A stretch of DNA of 64,000 nt. Source: Rhizaria sp. SCN 62-66 (taxonomy: Eukaryota). This document shows positions 23,208-36,000 of the stretch, piece after piece; within the stretch, counting starts at the first letter, position 1; each line of letters starts with the position of its first letter. The stretch spans positions 124,001-188,000 of the forward strand of contig MEDY01000033.1 in the NCBI GenBank assembly GCA_001724265.1, written 5' to 3'. The notes beneath the pieces were generated by a model, which was given only the letters and a program-made list of their open reading frames with translations, was not told the DNA's origin and ran no database searches. A program made the translations under genes and the position numbers.

Positions 23208-26139
23208 TTACTCATCAGACATGGGCTTCTCCTCCTTGGCAGCCTCCTCAGCAGCAGGCTTCGCAGCGGCGGCCTCAGCCTCAGCCTTGGGCTCGGCGGC
23301 GGCCTCCTCCTTCTTGGCGTCGGCGTCGGCCTCGGCAGGCTTCTCAGCCTCAGCCTCAGCCTCAGCCTTGGGCTCGGCGGAGTCGGAGTCGTCCATGGGC
23401 TTGGCCTCAGCCTTCTCGGCGGACTCGGTCTTGGGCTCCTCCTCGGCCTTCTTGTCGGCGCTGGCGGCCGCGGGCGCAGGCTCCGCCTTCTTGGGCTCCT
23501 CCTTCTTCACGGGCGCGGGCTTGGCCTTGTTCATGCGCACGTTGGTGTACGATTGCACATCGCGCGCCTTGACGTCGAAGTCGTGGATCGACACGATCGG
23601 CGCCTCGGACAGCGAGCGAGCGTCCTGCTCCTTGGTCTTGTTACTGACCCACAGCGCAACCTCGTCGCACTTGGCCACGATCTCCTCGCGCGCCTTGGCC
23701 TCGATGTGCGAGTACCGCTCTTCAGTAGTCTTGGACAGCTCGCGGCACGCGTTGAGCACGGTCGTGAGGCGCTCCACGGCCTCGGGGCGACCCTGGTTCT
23801 CGGCCTGGCGCTGCACCAGGGGCTCCGTGATGGCCTTGAGCGACTCGAGGCGGGCCTAAGCAGCGGGGAAACAAAAGCAAAGCAAAGGAACATAGAAAGC
23901 GAATTTCGTGAGCATATGAACAATACAAAAAAGAAGAAACGTTATCAATAGAACCCGTATTATTGACATATTTTTACTGCAGATAATGACTAGTATACAA
24001 GTAGAGACGTACCACATAGACAGCCTTCTTCTCGTCGTAGCCCTCGTCCTCGAGCCACTCCTCCTCCTTCTTAAGCGTCTCGTAGAACTCGTTGGCCTTC
24101 TCGTCGGCGAAGTAGGGCTTGAGGTCGCTGGCGTCCTGCACGCGGCTCTTCATCGAGAGGATGTAGCCCTCGAGCGAGTTCATCGCCTCGGCCGTCTCGC
24201 GCACCTCACGGTCCACGCCCGCGAACTCAAGCTCCTGCTCCACCGCGGTGCGGAAGTCCGTCTGCGACAGGTTCCAGGGGTAGTGCGAGTGGATCGCAAG
24301 GTCAACCTTCTCCACGATCGTCTTCTTGACCTTGATCATTGCAGGCTCGGCAGCCTTGGCGGCCTTCTCGGCGGCCTCAGCCTCGGCAGCCTTGGCCTTC
24401 TCGCTTTCGGCGGCGTCGTCCTTGGGCTTCTCGGCGTCAGCGGCCTCGCCCTCCTTGGGCTTGTCGGCGTCGGCGGCCTTCTCGCCATCCGCGGCGGGCT
24501 TCTCCTCCTCCTTGGGCTTCTCAGCCTCAGCCTCGGCGGGCTTCTCGGCCACGGGGGCAGGCTCCTCGACCTCGATCTCGGACTCGACCAGCGCCTGGGC
24601 CGAGATGACAGACAACAGCCCGTTGGAGTCGACCTTAACCTTGACCTTAAGCTTGTTGGACTCGTTGAGCTTGGCCTTCATCGCCGGGTCAGTGGGCGCC
24701 GTGATGGCAAAGCGCGCGATGAGCGAGTTGCCAGACGGGCAGTTCTCGGGGTCAGAGTAGCGCGCGGCCACCTGCAGCGGCAGCTTGGTGTTCTTGATCG
24801 TCACGACCTTGGTCGACGGGATGGTGTTGTTGGCCGGGAAGACGTTGATGCTCTCCTCCATCGGCATGTCAGCGAGCGCGCCGGTCACAGCGGCGTCGGC
24901 GTCATGCTGCCACTCGACCTTGATCGGGTACGAGATGATGTCCTTGACGTCGTACTCCTTGACCTTGAACGAAGGGGAGTACGTCGCGCAGTGCAGCGTC
25001 GCGCCCCAACACACCGACTCGTCGGCGTCGCACGTCTTGGAGAGGTCGCGGCCCGTGTGCGTCTTGACCAGGGTCTGGATGTAGGGGATGCGCGTCGCGC
25101 CGCCGAGCATCTCGATCGAGTGCAGGTCCGCGATCTTGACGTTGGCGGCCGCCAGCACGCGGTCGATGGGCGCGACGAGGCGCGTCTTGAGATGCTCCTC
25201 GATGAGCGCCTCGAACTGTTCGCGCGTCACGACACCGGACACGTCGGTGTTGTCCATGATGTACTCGATGTTGTAGGGCACGGTGCTGTTGGCCGAGAGC
25301 GTCTGCTTGACGCGGTCGCACTCCTTGCGCAGCTTGAGCAGCGCCTTGGTGTTGCTCAGCACGTCGAGCTTGTACTTGTCCTTGATGTCGGCAGCGAGCT
25401 TGGTCACCAGCAGCTCGTCGAAGTCGCGGCCACCGAGCGAGCGGTCCGCCGTCATGGCCTCCATCTTGAGCCCCGCGGCCGAGATGGACGCCAGCGCGAC
25501 GTCCGTGGACGATACGCCGATGTCGTAGAAGAGAACAAGGCGCGTCTCGTTAGGCGCGAAGGTGCGGCGGACGCCGTACTGGATCGCCACGGCCGTGATG
25601 TCGTTGACGAGGCGGAGCACGTTGAGCGGGCCCATCGACGACGTCTGCAGCATGCGCGCGGCGTCGAGCATGGCGCGGCGCTGCGCGTCGGTGAAGTAGT
25701 GCGGGATGGCGATAACGCAGTCGGTGATCTTCTGGCCGTCCATGTTGATGGCGCAGACCTCCTTCATCTTAAGCAGGAAGGTCGACACGACCTGCTCGGG
25801 CGGAATGAGGACCTCCTTGCCCAGGTGCTTGACCTGCAGCGCCACGCGGCCCTGCGCGTCGGGCACCAGCTTGGCGGGGATGAACTTCTGCTCGTGCGCG
25901 ATCTCGGGGTCGGAGAACATCTTGCCGATGATGCGCTTGATGTACACGACAGAGTTGGCCGCGTTCGAGAGGTACTGCGAGGTCGCCTCGTCGGTGATGA
26001 AGCGCTGGGTGGAGCCGAAGGAGACGAGGGAGCGCGTCTTGCGCTTGCCGATCTCGTTCTGCAGCACGTCGATACCGGCGCGGCGCGCGACGGCCACCGT
26101 GAGCGACTCGTCGCCGAAGTCAATGCCGACAACACTCAT
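23208..26139 (-). CDS. HSP110: Hsp110/SSE-type Hsp70-family chaperone and nucleotide exchange factor, 2 exons, ~924 aa
   Basis: complement(join(23208..23855,24013..26139)); intron gtacgt...cttag, phase 0. Motifs MSVVGIDFG, DAQRRAMLDAA, LGGRDFD, LGGATRIP, SPSFKVKEY, NSLEGYI and EEWLEDEG, plus an acidic loop in the substrate-binding domain, are typical of Hsp110. Confidence 0.93.
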
Positions 26140-27088
26140 TGTTTAGGGGTGTGTAGGTTCTGTGGCGGGGATAAAAAGGGGAAAACAATGTGAAGAAACA
26201 GGAAAAAGAGAGTGTGAGAGAGTGAGCGGGACGCTGAGGCGGAAGAGAGAGCTCTGGAAGGGAGCGATTGCGTCATTGTGGACTGCGCAAAGGCAAAGAG
26301 AAAAATGAGACATCATTGCGAAAACGCAAGATAATACAAGAAAATTGATGCGAGGAAGCAACCCGGAAGGACATGAATGTGCGCGTTAAGGCAGCACAGA
26401 GCGAGGGCGAGTCGTGGGAAAGGCAGAGTGGGGAGCCGGACGAAAGAGTGATCTGAACATCTATGGAAGGGAGGGCGAAAGCCGCGACACGTGGGTAGGG
26501 TTTAACCACGGTACTAGCCCAAACAAAAAATAGAAATATAAAAAATACACGCAGCCCTGGCAGTATCCACAAACGTAGATCCCTACACAACGTCACGGGT
26601 ATAGGACGGACACACGGCGATCTGATCACTTTGTCCCTCGACTGACTGGCTGACTGACTTTGTTCGAGAGCGCTTGAAGATCATTCGAGAACGAGCTTTT
26701 TTCGGTCCGGGTTTGTTTCCACCACAAACGCAATTTCACTTCATTAACTTAACTCATACATGTCATTACTCATACCAGAAGACGACTAAAGTAAAGTATT
26801 GCTATTTTTCGATTCTGCAGTACTCTAGCATTTTGTCATTGCTCGTTCACGTGTTTGTTTGGACCTGAAGTGGCCACTGCAAGAGACAGTATGAGTTTAG
26901 TTTAGGGTTCAGATTCAAGGATATTTCATTGTTTAAGAAGAAAGAGAGAATTTATTGAGACTTTATATCAAGTGATTGTTGCGAATAATAAAAATACCGA
27001 GTCAAAATTGATTCCACCGTCGACAACATGCAGCACCGGTCAGTTTCTGATGTCGACATCACTGTTACTGTGTTAGTATTGGCAGTGC

Positions 27089-30000
27089 TTAGCGCCGAGG
27101 AGCCCCACCCCGGAAGAGCGACTGGTTCCCACGGGGCGGCGGGCGACTCCGGTCGCCGCCACCGCCTTGTTGCTGCTGCTGCCGTTGCTCTTGCTGCTGT
27201 TGCGGCTGTGGCTGCAGCTGCTGCTGCGAAGGCGCAGAGCTGCCTGTGGTGGTGGTGTTGGAGCCCCGTCCAAGAGCTTGCGCAACCAGACGGTCCAGCG
27301 CGACACCGTAGCCACTGTTGCCACTGCTGCTGCTTGAGCTGCTGTTACTAGAGCTGCTGCTGTTGGTGTTAGACTGAGAGCTGCCTTGGTAGCGACTGCT
27401 AGCAGCCGGGGGGCTTACGACGCCGCCCATGAACCGGTCGCTCGCGCCCTGGGTCTGCTGCTGCTGCTGCTGTTGGGAGTAACCGCTGTTGGTGCTTGTG
27501 CGTTGCACTGAGTCCATGCCAACAACGCGGCGGATCGCCCTGCGGCCACCGCTGCCGTCCTCGTCCCCACCCGCGCCAGCGCCCGCGCCCGCGCCTGCGC
27601 CAGCGCCCGCGTTGGAATACGAGCCAGAGCTGTTGTTGTTCACGTTGCCGGATTCGCGGTCGCGGACAAGGGCGGACCGCTGCCCAGTCGGAGCAGAGCC
27701 AGCGGCATTGGCGCCGCCGCGGAAGCGGTCGTTGCGGTCGTCAGCAGTTGCACTAGCGCCGCTGTTGTTGTGACTATTCGGGGCGTTGCCGCCAGAGTAG
27801 TTGCCGTGACCGGCGTTCTGACGGCCTTGGTAGCCGCCGCTGTTGTTGTTGGGGTACTGACGGCGATCGTTGTAGTTATTGTTGTGGCCGTAGCTGTTGG
27901 CGCCAAAGGTGGGCGAGTTAGAGGGGCCAAAACGGTCGTTGCCGTTACTCCCATGGTGCCCACGGTCGCTGCTATGCCCACGGTCACCTGCGTTGTGTCC
28001 ACGGTCACTGCTGTGGCCACGGTCACTGCTGCCGTAGGTGCTGCCGCGGTCGTATCCCCCACGGTCGTTGTTAGAGACGTTGGCGCGAGCGCCACCAGCA
28101 GGAGCGGCGTTATTCGCGCCGCTCGCAGCAGCCGCAGCAGCACCGGCGGCAGGAGGGGCCCCGGGCTTGTTGCCGGCACCAGCAGCGGCGGCGGCAGCAG
28201 AGGCAGCAGGAGCTTTGCCCCACTGAGCAGAGACAGGCGCAGGCCCATTGCCACCAGCAGCACCGTCAGCAGCAGTTGCATTGCGGCCACCAGCGGGAGC
28301 CGCGGCATTGGCGCCAAGAGCGCGGGCAGCGTTGCCAAAGGCAGCGGTAGCGGTGGACTGGGACTGCACGGGCTTGCCAGACACAGCGGGCTTCGCAGCA
28401 GCAGCACCAGCGGCGGCGTTGGCGCCGGCGTTCGAAGCCGAGGCGGGGCGGCTGACCACCGCGCCCCACTGCTGCTGCGGCTGCGAGGGACGAGCGTCCG
28501 CACCGACAGGAGCGGCAGCAGCAGCAGCAGCGCGACGATGCGTCTGAGCCTGCAGTTGCGACTGGGCACTCGCAGCACTCGTCGTCGCGTTCGCGCTGGT
28601 GCTCGTCGAAGTGCTCGCACGAGGGCGGGTGGGCGACACGGGGGCGGCCGCGTTCGCTTTCCTGCTGCCACCTGACGACGTACTCGCACTTGCACTCGCG
28701 GTGGGCTTCGCAGCAGCGCTTGCAGTCACCGCGGGAGCCGCCGCCGCGCCGCCGGGCCCCTTGGCGCTGGCGATGATGTCGTCGCTGGTGCAGCCCCACA
28801 GCGCGGCGCCGTTGCGGGCCACGATCGAGCGCACCGAGGTGCCCAGCACCTTGAGCGACTGCGCTGCCGCGGCGTCGGCGCCCCCGGAGGCGGCGGCCGC
28901 GGTGCGCGCGTCGACCAAGCGGTTGAGCGCGCGCAGCAGGATGCGGCCGGTGGGCACGGCGCTGAACACATCAGGGTTCGCCGCGATAGCAGCAGCGGCC
29001 GCGGGCTTAGGAGTAGAGTCATGAGCTGCAGCGCTAGTTGCAGCGGCAGCGTCCTTGCTATCGTCGGTCATTGCCACGGGCTTTTCATCTTCGCTCTTAA
29101 CACCGCCGGCATCTTCAGTCTTGACAGCGACATCGCTGTCGGCCTGCACGGCGACCACAGTCGCGGGGTGCTGCGCGATGCGTTGCGGGTATACGTGGGC
29201 GATCTTGTGGAGGAAATACAGTGAGTTGGAGACGGTGAAGTCGCAGCCAAACATGCTGTCGGCAGCAAGCACAGCGCCGTCGTCCTCTGTCATATCACTC
29301 TTGTCGCTGACATCTGCGGAGGCAGAGGACGCGCGGAACTGGTTCAGGTTCAGGGCAGGAGCGACTGCGCGCGTGAACGGGCTCTTGGCGGTAGCCTTAA
29401 ACGCGCGCGCGCTGGCGGGGTCGACGACAGAGAGCACGGCGGCAGTGATGGCCAGCGACCACACGCGCGCACGCGACAGGAGCAGGCGCGCGCTCGCACC
29501 GTCGACAGTATCAACACCAGACTCACTCTTCGCGCTGGCGCCCGCACTGGAGTTCGCGGAGTGGATGTCCGAGACCACAGGCGCGGAGGCGGGATCGCGC
29601 ACCCACGCCGCCACAGTCGCGAGGATCTCGCTGTAGAAGAAGCCCAGGCGCGCGGCCTCGGCCTGCGTGACCACGGCGAGTAGCGACGGCAGCGCGGCGA
29701 ACGCCGTGTCGATCAGCGTGAGCACGGGGACCGCGGACGAGAGTACGCCGGCAGGCGTCTCCTTACCGCTGCCGCTCGCACTGCTGGTGGCTGTGGCGAT
29801 GGAGAGCAGGAAGCGCGCCGCGAACACAGCGTCGGCGGACGACGTGAGGGCGCGCGGGATCAGGCAGCGGTGGAAGAAGCTCTGCGCAAACTGGCTGTGT
29901 GCCTCAGCCAGAGCTTCCGTCGCGACAGGGCAGTCGTGCGGCAGCCACTGGCCCTGGATCAGACGACCGCTGCCGTTTTTTGCAATGTAGCGACAAACTG

Positions 30001-33000
30001 CGGTGTCGTAGAAGGCCAAGAATGACCGTGTGCACGTCGCGGTAAGCGCCGTCGTGCTCTCGCTGGCCGTGGCAACGGATGCGACCTCCTCGGCGGCCAG
30101 CGCGGTCAGCTGCATCCCCACGAGCGCGCTCTTGGCGGCGGCGTCCTTGGCGGCCACGGCGAGCGCGGCGACGAGCGCGTGCAGCTGCGGCAGCGAGAGC
30201 CCGTTGGCCCCGGCCGCGGTGAGCGCGGCGGAAACGGTGGCCGTGACCGCTCCCGCCACGTTGGCGCTCGCGCCGCCGCGCCCGCGCCGCGACGAGGACG
30301 AGGACGACGCGGCGGCGAGCGCGGCGGCGCCGGAGTGGCCGAGCGCAGCCGCGGCCGCCGCGTAGCCGGGCGCGGTGACGAGCGCCAGCGCCTTGCGCGC
30401 GGCGACAAATCGCGCCTCGGCGGCGTGCTGCGCGGCCAGCGCGTGCTTGTGCGCGCCGCGCAGCGCGGTGGTGGCCGCGGCGAAGCAGCGGCGCGTGGCG
30501 GCAACAGGGAAGAGCGCGCCGTTGGGCAGCGACCAGAACGCGCCGTAGAGGTCCTGCGAGAGCACAGCACGGTCGCTGGCGGGGTAGAAGAGGCCGAAAG
30601 CAGCGGAGACGGGAGCGGGGCACAGCGCAGTAGAGCTGGCGTCAGAGGCAGCAGAGGAGTCGTCGCTCATCACGTTTGCAGCGGGGGTGGTGACCTTGGC
30701 GTACTTGAGCAACGGCCGGTACAGCGCCGCAGTGAGCGCGAGAGGGGCGCCCAGCGGCACCAGCGGGGCGTCGGGACTGCGGCCACCGGCCGTCGCCGCC
30801 GCCGCGGCCTCTGCGCCGGCCTGCACGCCCGCGACGGCCTGTGCGAGCGTAGGGAGCTCGCGCACCAGCTCCGTCGCGGGCAGGTGGCAGTGAGCCCACT
30901 GCAGCAGCAGCATCAGCAGCGCGTGCAGCCGGTCCGCCACCGCCGTGGCCGCGGGCAGCGGCAGCGGCGCGCCGGCACCGAGGGCCAGTGCGCTCGCGGT
31001 CGCGGCGGCGGCGGCGGCGGTCGCGGCGGCCGAGAGCACGAGCGTCAGCAGGCGCGCGAGCCCGAACCAGAGCGGCACGAAGGCCTTGCTGCGGAGCACA
31101 GCGCGCACGAAGCTCGCGTGCGCGGCGGGCAGAACCATCAGGCGTGCGGCGGCGGGCACCGCGGCGCTGGCGGCGGGCCCGCGCGCGCGCGAGAGCGTCG
31201 CCGAGTGCAGCGCGATGAGAGCGGTGGCCGCGGCGTCGGGATCGCTGCGCGTGCCCGCGCTCTGGATGCCGTGCGCGACCGTGTCGATGCCCGGGGGCGC
31301 GGCGACGGAGCTCGCGCCCGTGGCCGCGGCCGCGGCGGCGACGGCGGCCTTAGTGTGGAAGACGCGTGCCAGCGGGTTGTGCAGATATTGCAGCACAGGG
31401 CCGCCGCAGACCCAGGCGCACATAGCACCAGCCGCTGCAGTCACGCCGTCGTTGTTGCCGCCGGCGTCGCTGCTGCCCGCCACTGCGTCGACAGTCGCAC
31501 CGTTGCCAGCGCTGCTGGAGGTAGCGGAGGCGTCGTCAGCAGCGGCGTCGGGGTCCGTAGCGCACGACAGCGTCGCGAACAGCAAACGCAGCAGCGCGCA
31601 AACCTCCGTGGCCACCGCGGCGGCCGCGGCGGGCGACGCGGCGCTGGCGGCGGCGTCGGCGGCGTAGAGCAGCACACTGCCCAGCTCACTGCCGCCGGCC
31701 GTCGCGGCGAGCAGCGGCTCCGGAAGGCGCGGCACGGTGGGCTTGGTGACGAGCCAGACGCGGCGCTGCAGATACCACAGCACGGGCCCCAGGTCCACAA
31801 GCATGGGCTTGGCCTGGTAGAGCTCCACCAGCAGCGTCGCCGTGTTGGACAGCCAGCGGGGCTCGCTGCCGGTCCCGGCCGCGGTGGGCAGGTCCGTGCC
31901 CTCGGCCTCGAGGCTCGCGTTGCCGCTGGGGGCCGCGTACCTGCTGAGCGTGTCGAGCACAGTGTACAACAGCGCGTCGACGGCCACGGCGGGCGCCCAC
32001 AGCGTGACGGCCTGGATGATGGGCGCGATCATGTTGTCGAACACGACGGCCTGCGAGACGAGCCGCTGCAGCACCGAGACGGGGTGCGTGTACAGGAACT
32101 TGGGCAGCAGACGGCCGATCTCGCGCATCTTGTCGTTCGCCAGACGCTTGCGGAAGTAGCCCGCGCGGTAGTCGGCCACAGCGCGCGCGCGCGACACGCG
32201 CGGCTGCCACGGGAACACGCGCACGGCGGCGGCAACAGCGGCGGCAGTTGCTCGCGCGGCGGTCGCGGCCGGGGCCGGCGCGGTGGGAGCGGTGTTGGGC
32301 AGCACGTCACGCCAGAGCGCGTAGATCGAGTAGCGGTCGCTGGGCGAGAACGCGCGCAAAATGGCCCACAGGTCCGCGGCGTGCGCGAGCGAGCCGGGCA
32401 GCAGCGCGTACGCGGGCAGAATGCTCTCGGTGATCAGGCGGAACAGCACGGGCGTCATCGGGGCCGGGCTCGCGGCCGCCGCGGGCACGGAGAGTGCCGC
32501 AACGGGCGGGAATGGGAACAGCCGCTCGCCCGCAGCACCAGTCAAGCCCGAGTTGTTGCTGACAGGCGCGCCTGCGAGCGTGGCCGCGGCCGCAGTGGCG
32601 GCGTCGGCAGCGGCCGCAAGCAGCGAGCCGAGCACGTGGCAGACCTTGGTGAAGCACAGCGGGTCCTGCGCGAGGTTGGGACCAAGGGGCGCGAGCAGGG
32701 CCAGCAGACGGGCCGGGATGGCGTCGAGCTGCCACTGCGAGAAGCCAGTCACGCGTGTGCCCGCCGCAGCCGCCGTCGCCGCCGCGGCCGCAGACGCCGC
32801 GGCCGCAGTGGCGCCCGCGCCGGCGCCGGACGCCGCGGGCAGCGGCGTGTGCGCGACAACAATGTAGTAGTAGATCGGCGTGACGTACGCCGTGACGCGC
32901 TCGAGCAGCACGGCCGAGACGCCCCAACCCGCCGTGGCTGAGACCGGGGGCGCCTCGCGCAGCGGCGCCGGCACCAGCGCCAGGCGCGCGGGGCGCGTCG

Positions 33001-36000
33001 CGGCCTCGACGCCCGTCACCGCGGTCGACAACACTGCTGCGGCGGTGTCCGCGGTGGCCTGCAGCGCAGCGGCCGCGTCGAGCTCGGACAGCGGCACGAC
33101 GCCGTTGGACGCGGCGGCGAGCTGCGCGGCCGCAACGCTCACAGCGTCGCTGTTGTCCGCGGCGGCGCTGGCGTTGAGGGGCTTGGCACCGAGGCCCGCG
33201 GAGACAAGCGAGTGCAGAGCGACGGTCAGCGCGGCCGAGTGGGCGGTCACGCCGGGCACGATGAAGCCGCCGCGGCGCGCACCCACAGACACGCCAGAGC
33301 GTGAGCAATTGCTAGAGCTTGAGCTAGATGTAGTCGTGTTATTGTTGCTAATCGGGAGCGACTCAGGAGCAGGCAGAGCAGAGAAGAGCGCGGCAACCGC
33401 CTCAGCAGACTGCTGCTTGTTCAGACCGTGCTTTTGCTGCCCCACTAGCAACGAAGTCGCAGGGCTTTCCAGCGCGCTCGCGTAGGCGATGTCGACCGCT
33501 TGCAGCTGCCAGAGCGTGACCAGCAGCGCCAGCGGCGCGTCGAGCGCAAACTGGTTCGACAAAGACCAAGGCGACTGCTGACTCAGCAGGAACGACGGCA
33601 GCGCGCGCTGCGCGAGTGGCCACTCAGCGGCGTTGGCGGCCGCAGAGGCCGCCGAGTGCGACGGCGGCGCGAGCGCAGTGAGGAAGCCGTGGCCGCTGAC
33701 GGTCGGGTCCCACGGGGTATAGCCCGCCGCGGTGGCGCGCACAGCGGCCAGCGCCGCGGCGGTCAGCGTCGACGACAGCGACGGGCCGCCGGTCGCGCTG
33801 AGTCCCGTGCTCGCACTCGCACTTCCACTCGCACTCGTACTCGTAGCGGCGTTAGCGGGCGTGACGGAGACGAGCTCGCAGTCGTCGGTGTTGTAGCCGG
33901 CGGACTGCAGCTGCGGAGGCAGTCGCACCGCGACGGCCGTGGCCGACATAACGGACGCGCTCGCAAACAGCGACTTCGCAGGCGCAGCAGCACCACCGCG
34001 GGCCGCGGCCGCCGCACCCGCCGCCGCCGGGGCGGTGCTGGTCGCCAGCGCGGCGTGGATGGGGGTGCGCGCCGCGGCCACTGCGGCGAGCACCGCGGGC
34101 CCCGCAGCAGCGCGTTGCAGCGCAACGGCAGCTGACGCAAGCCCCGGACCGGCGACGCCGAGGAGGCCCGTCTCCGCCTTGCCGTCGTTCGCGGCCGCGG
34201 CCGCAGCGGCAGCGGCGGTGGCGGCGGAGGACTGGCTCGGGGCGCGGACCGCACTGTTGGCGCGCTTGGCGGCGGCGGTGAGGTGCTCGGTGTACGCGGG
34301 CAGCAGAGACTGCACGACAGTGTTTGCCGACTCAGCGGCGCTGCTAGCGGCGCCAACGGGGTTAAGCGCGGGGAGAATGTCGCCGAGCGCGATGACGTTG
34401 GTGTGCAGCAGCGTGGCCGTAATCGCGATGAGCGAGAACGGCGTCCACACGATGTAGTGCCCGCCTGCAGCCGCGGTGGCCGCAGCAGCCGCAGCCGCAG
34501 CCGCCGCGGAGGCCGCCGCCGAAGCCGCCGCCGCGTCAGCAGGCTTGTCCGCAGTGGTTGCGTTCACGGCTGAGGCGGCGGCGACGGAGCGGGCGAGGTC
34601 CTGCCACTGGCGATAGCGGCGCGCGAGCAGGCGCGCGACCGTTTCGCGGCTAAAGGCGCCCAGCACGGCCGCCAGCAGCGGCGCCGCGGGGTGCGTGTAG
34701 GCGTGAGAAGGCGCAACCGAGGAGCGCGCGCACAGCGATGACGTGACCACGCCGCCGGGCGCGGCTGCCGCGGCCGCAGAGTGACCGTGAGCAGCGGAGT
34801 GACCGTGCGCGGAGGACGCGGCCGAGGCGGGGGCGGCAGCAAGACCGGAGCGGGCGCGCGCGGCTGCGGATGCTGCGGCAGCGCGCGAAGTGAGCGCCGC
34901 CGTCACGGGGGGCTCGGGCGGCACGAGGCCGTGCGGGTGGGCCGGCCCCGCGGTGCCGCCGCCGCCGTACAGCGACAAGTACACCGCGCTCGCGGTGTGC
35001 ACGGCGGACAGTGCGGACTGAAGCGCGGGGTCGCCGCTCGCGCTCGCACTCGCGGTGGCGGCGGCGGAGGCGGGAGCAGCGGCGGCGCCGGCGCCGGTGC
35101 GAGCTGGAGTAGCAGTCGTGGCACTGGGAGCTGCAGCGCTAACAGAGCTACTGGCACTAGAAACAGGACCGTAGGACTCTACAGTTGCGTGTGCAAGCGC
35201 CGGGAGGGGCACGAAGTCCGGCGGCGGGGGGTTGAAGTTGCGCGTCTTCAGGTACTTGAAGTAGTACCCCACGCCCGTGGGCAGGAGCGTAGCGGCGGCC
35301 GAGGGCGCGGCGGACGGCAGCCGCGCGGGCTCGACCGGGCTCACGACGCTGCCAGCAGCACTTGTCGCAGTCGACGCCGCCGAGGCAGCATTACCGCTAT
35401 CACTCGCACTGACCGATGAACTGATGCTGTGGTATGGGTGAGTCAGCGGCGTCAGCGTCGGCAGAGTCGCCTTCTGCGCCGCGATGCGGCTAGACTTTGA
35501 GCTACTGCTCGATTTCTTAGACACCGCCTGCTGCTGCTGTTGCACCTGCACGCGCGCCTTCTGGATCTCAGTCTCTTGCTGCTGCCGCTGCTGCTGCTGA
35601 ATCAGCTTGACCGCCGCGGTCACCGAGTCCGAGTACTCGCCGAAACACGCCGCGTACTTGCCGAGCCCCAGCGCGGCCGCGGCAGCCGTGCTGGCGCTGG
35701 CGCTGGTGCTGCTGCCGCCGGCGGAGTTGGCGTGCGCGGCGTCGACGCTGGCGCCCGCGATCACGCACTCGTAGACGGTGAGCACGACGTCGCAGAGCCG
35801 GTGCGGGTCGACGTCGAAGGCGCCCGTCAGCGCACGCAGCCGGCCCAGCAGAGAGGCCGCGGCGGGGGCGGCGGCCGTGGTGCGCGCGCGCCAGCTCGCA
35901 GGCAGCACGTCTTGCTGCTGCTGCTGCTGCTGCTGCTGCGCGCCCGACGCCACCGCTCCGCTTGCATGGCCACTGTGATTGATGTTGAGCGAGGCGGCCG

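Noticed and set aside
23986-26193. 735-aa + strand ORF antisense to Hsp110
   Set aside because: Shadow frame produced by strong codon bias on the coding strand, a well-known artefact opposite Hsp70-family genes; no independent motifs.
26663-26691. Heat-shock element upstream of Hsp110
   Set aside because: Only one TTCnnGAA dyad (26684-26691) plus an imperfect one out of phase; no three contiguous nGAAn units.
30179-32941. 920-aa + strand ORF inside THOC2
   Set aside because: Arg/Gly-rich antisense shadow of GC-rich Ala codons.
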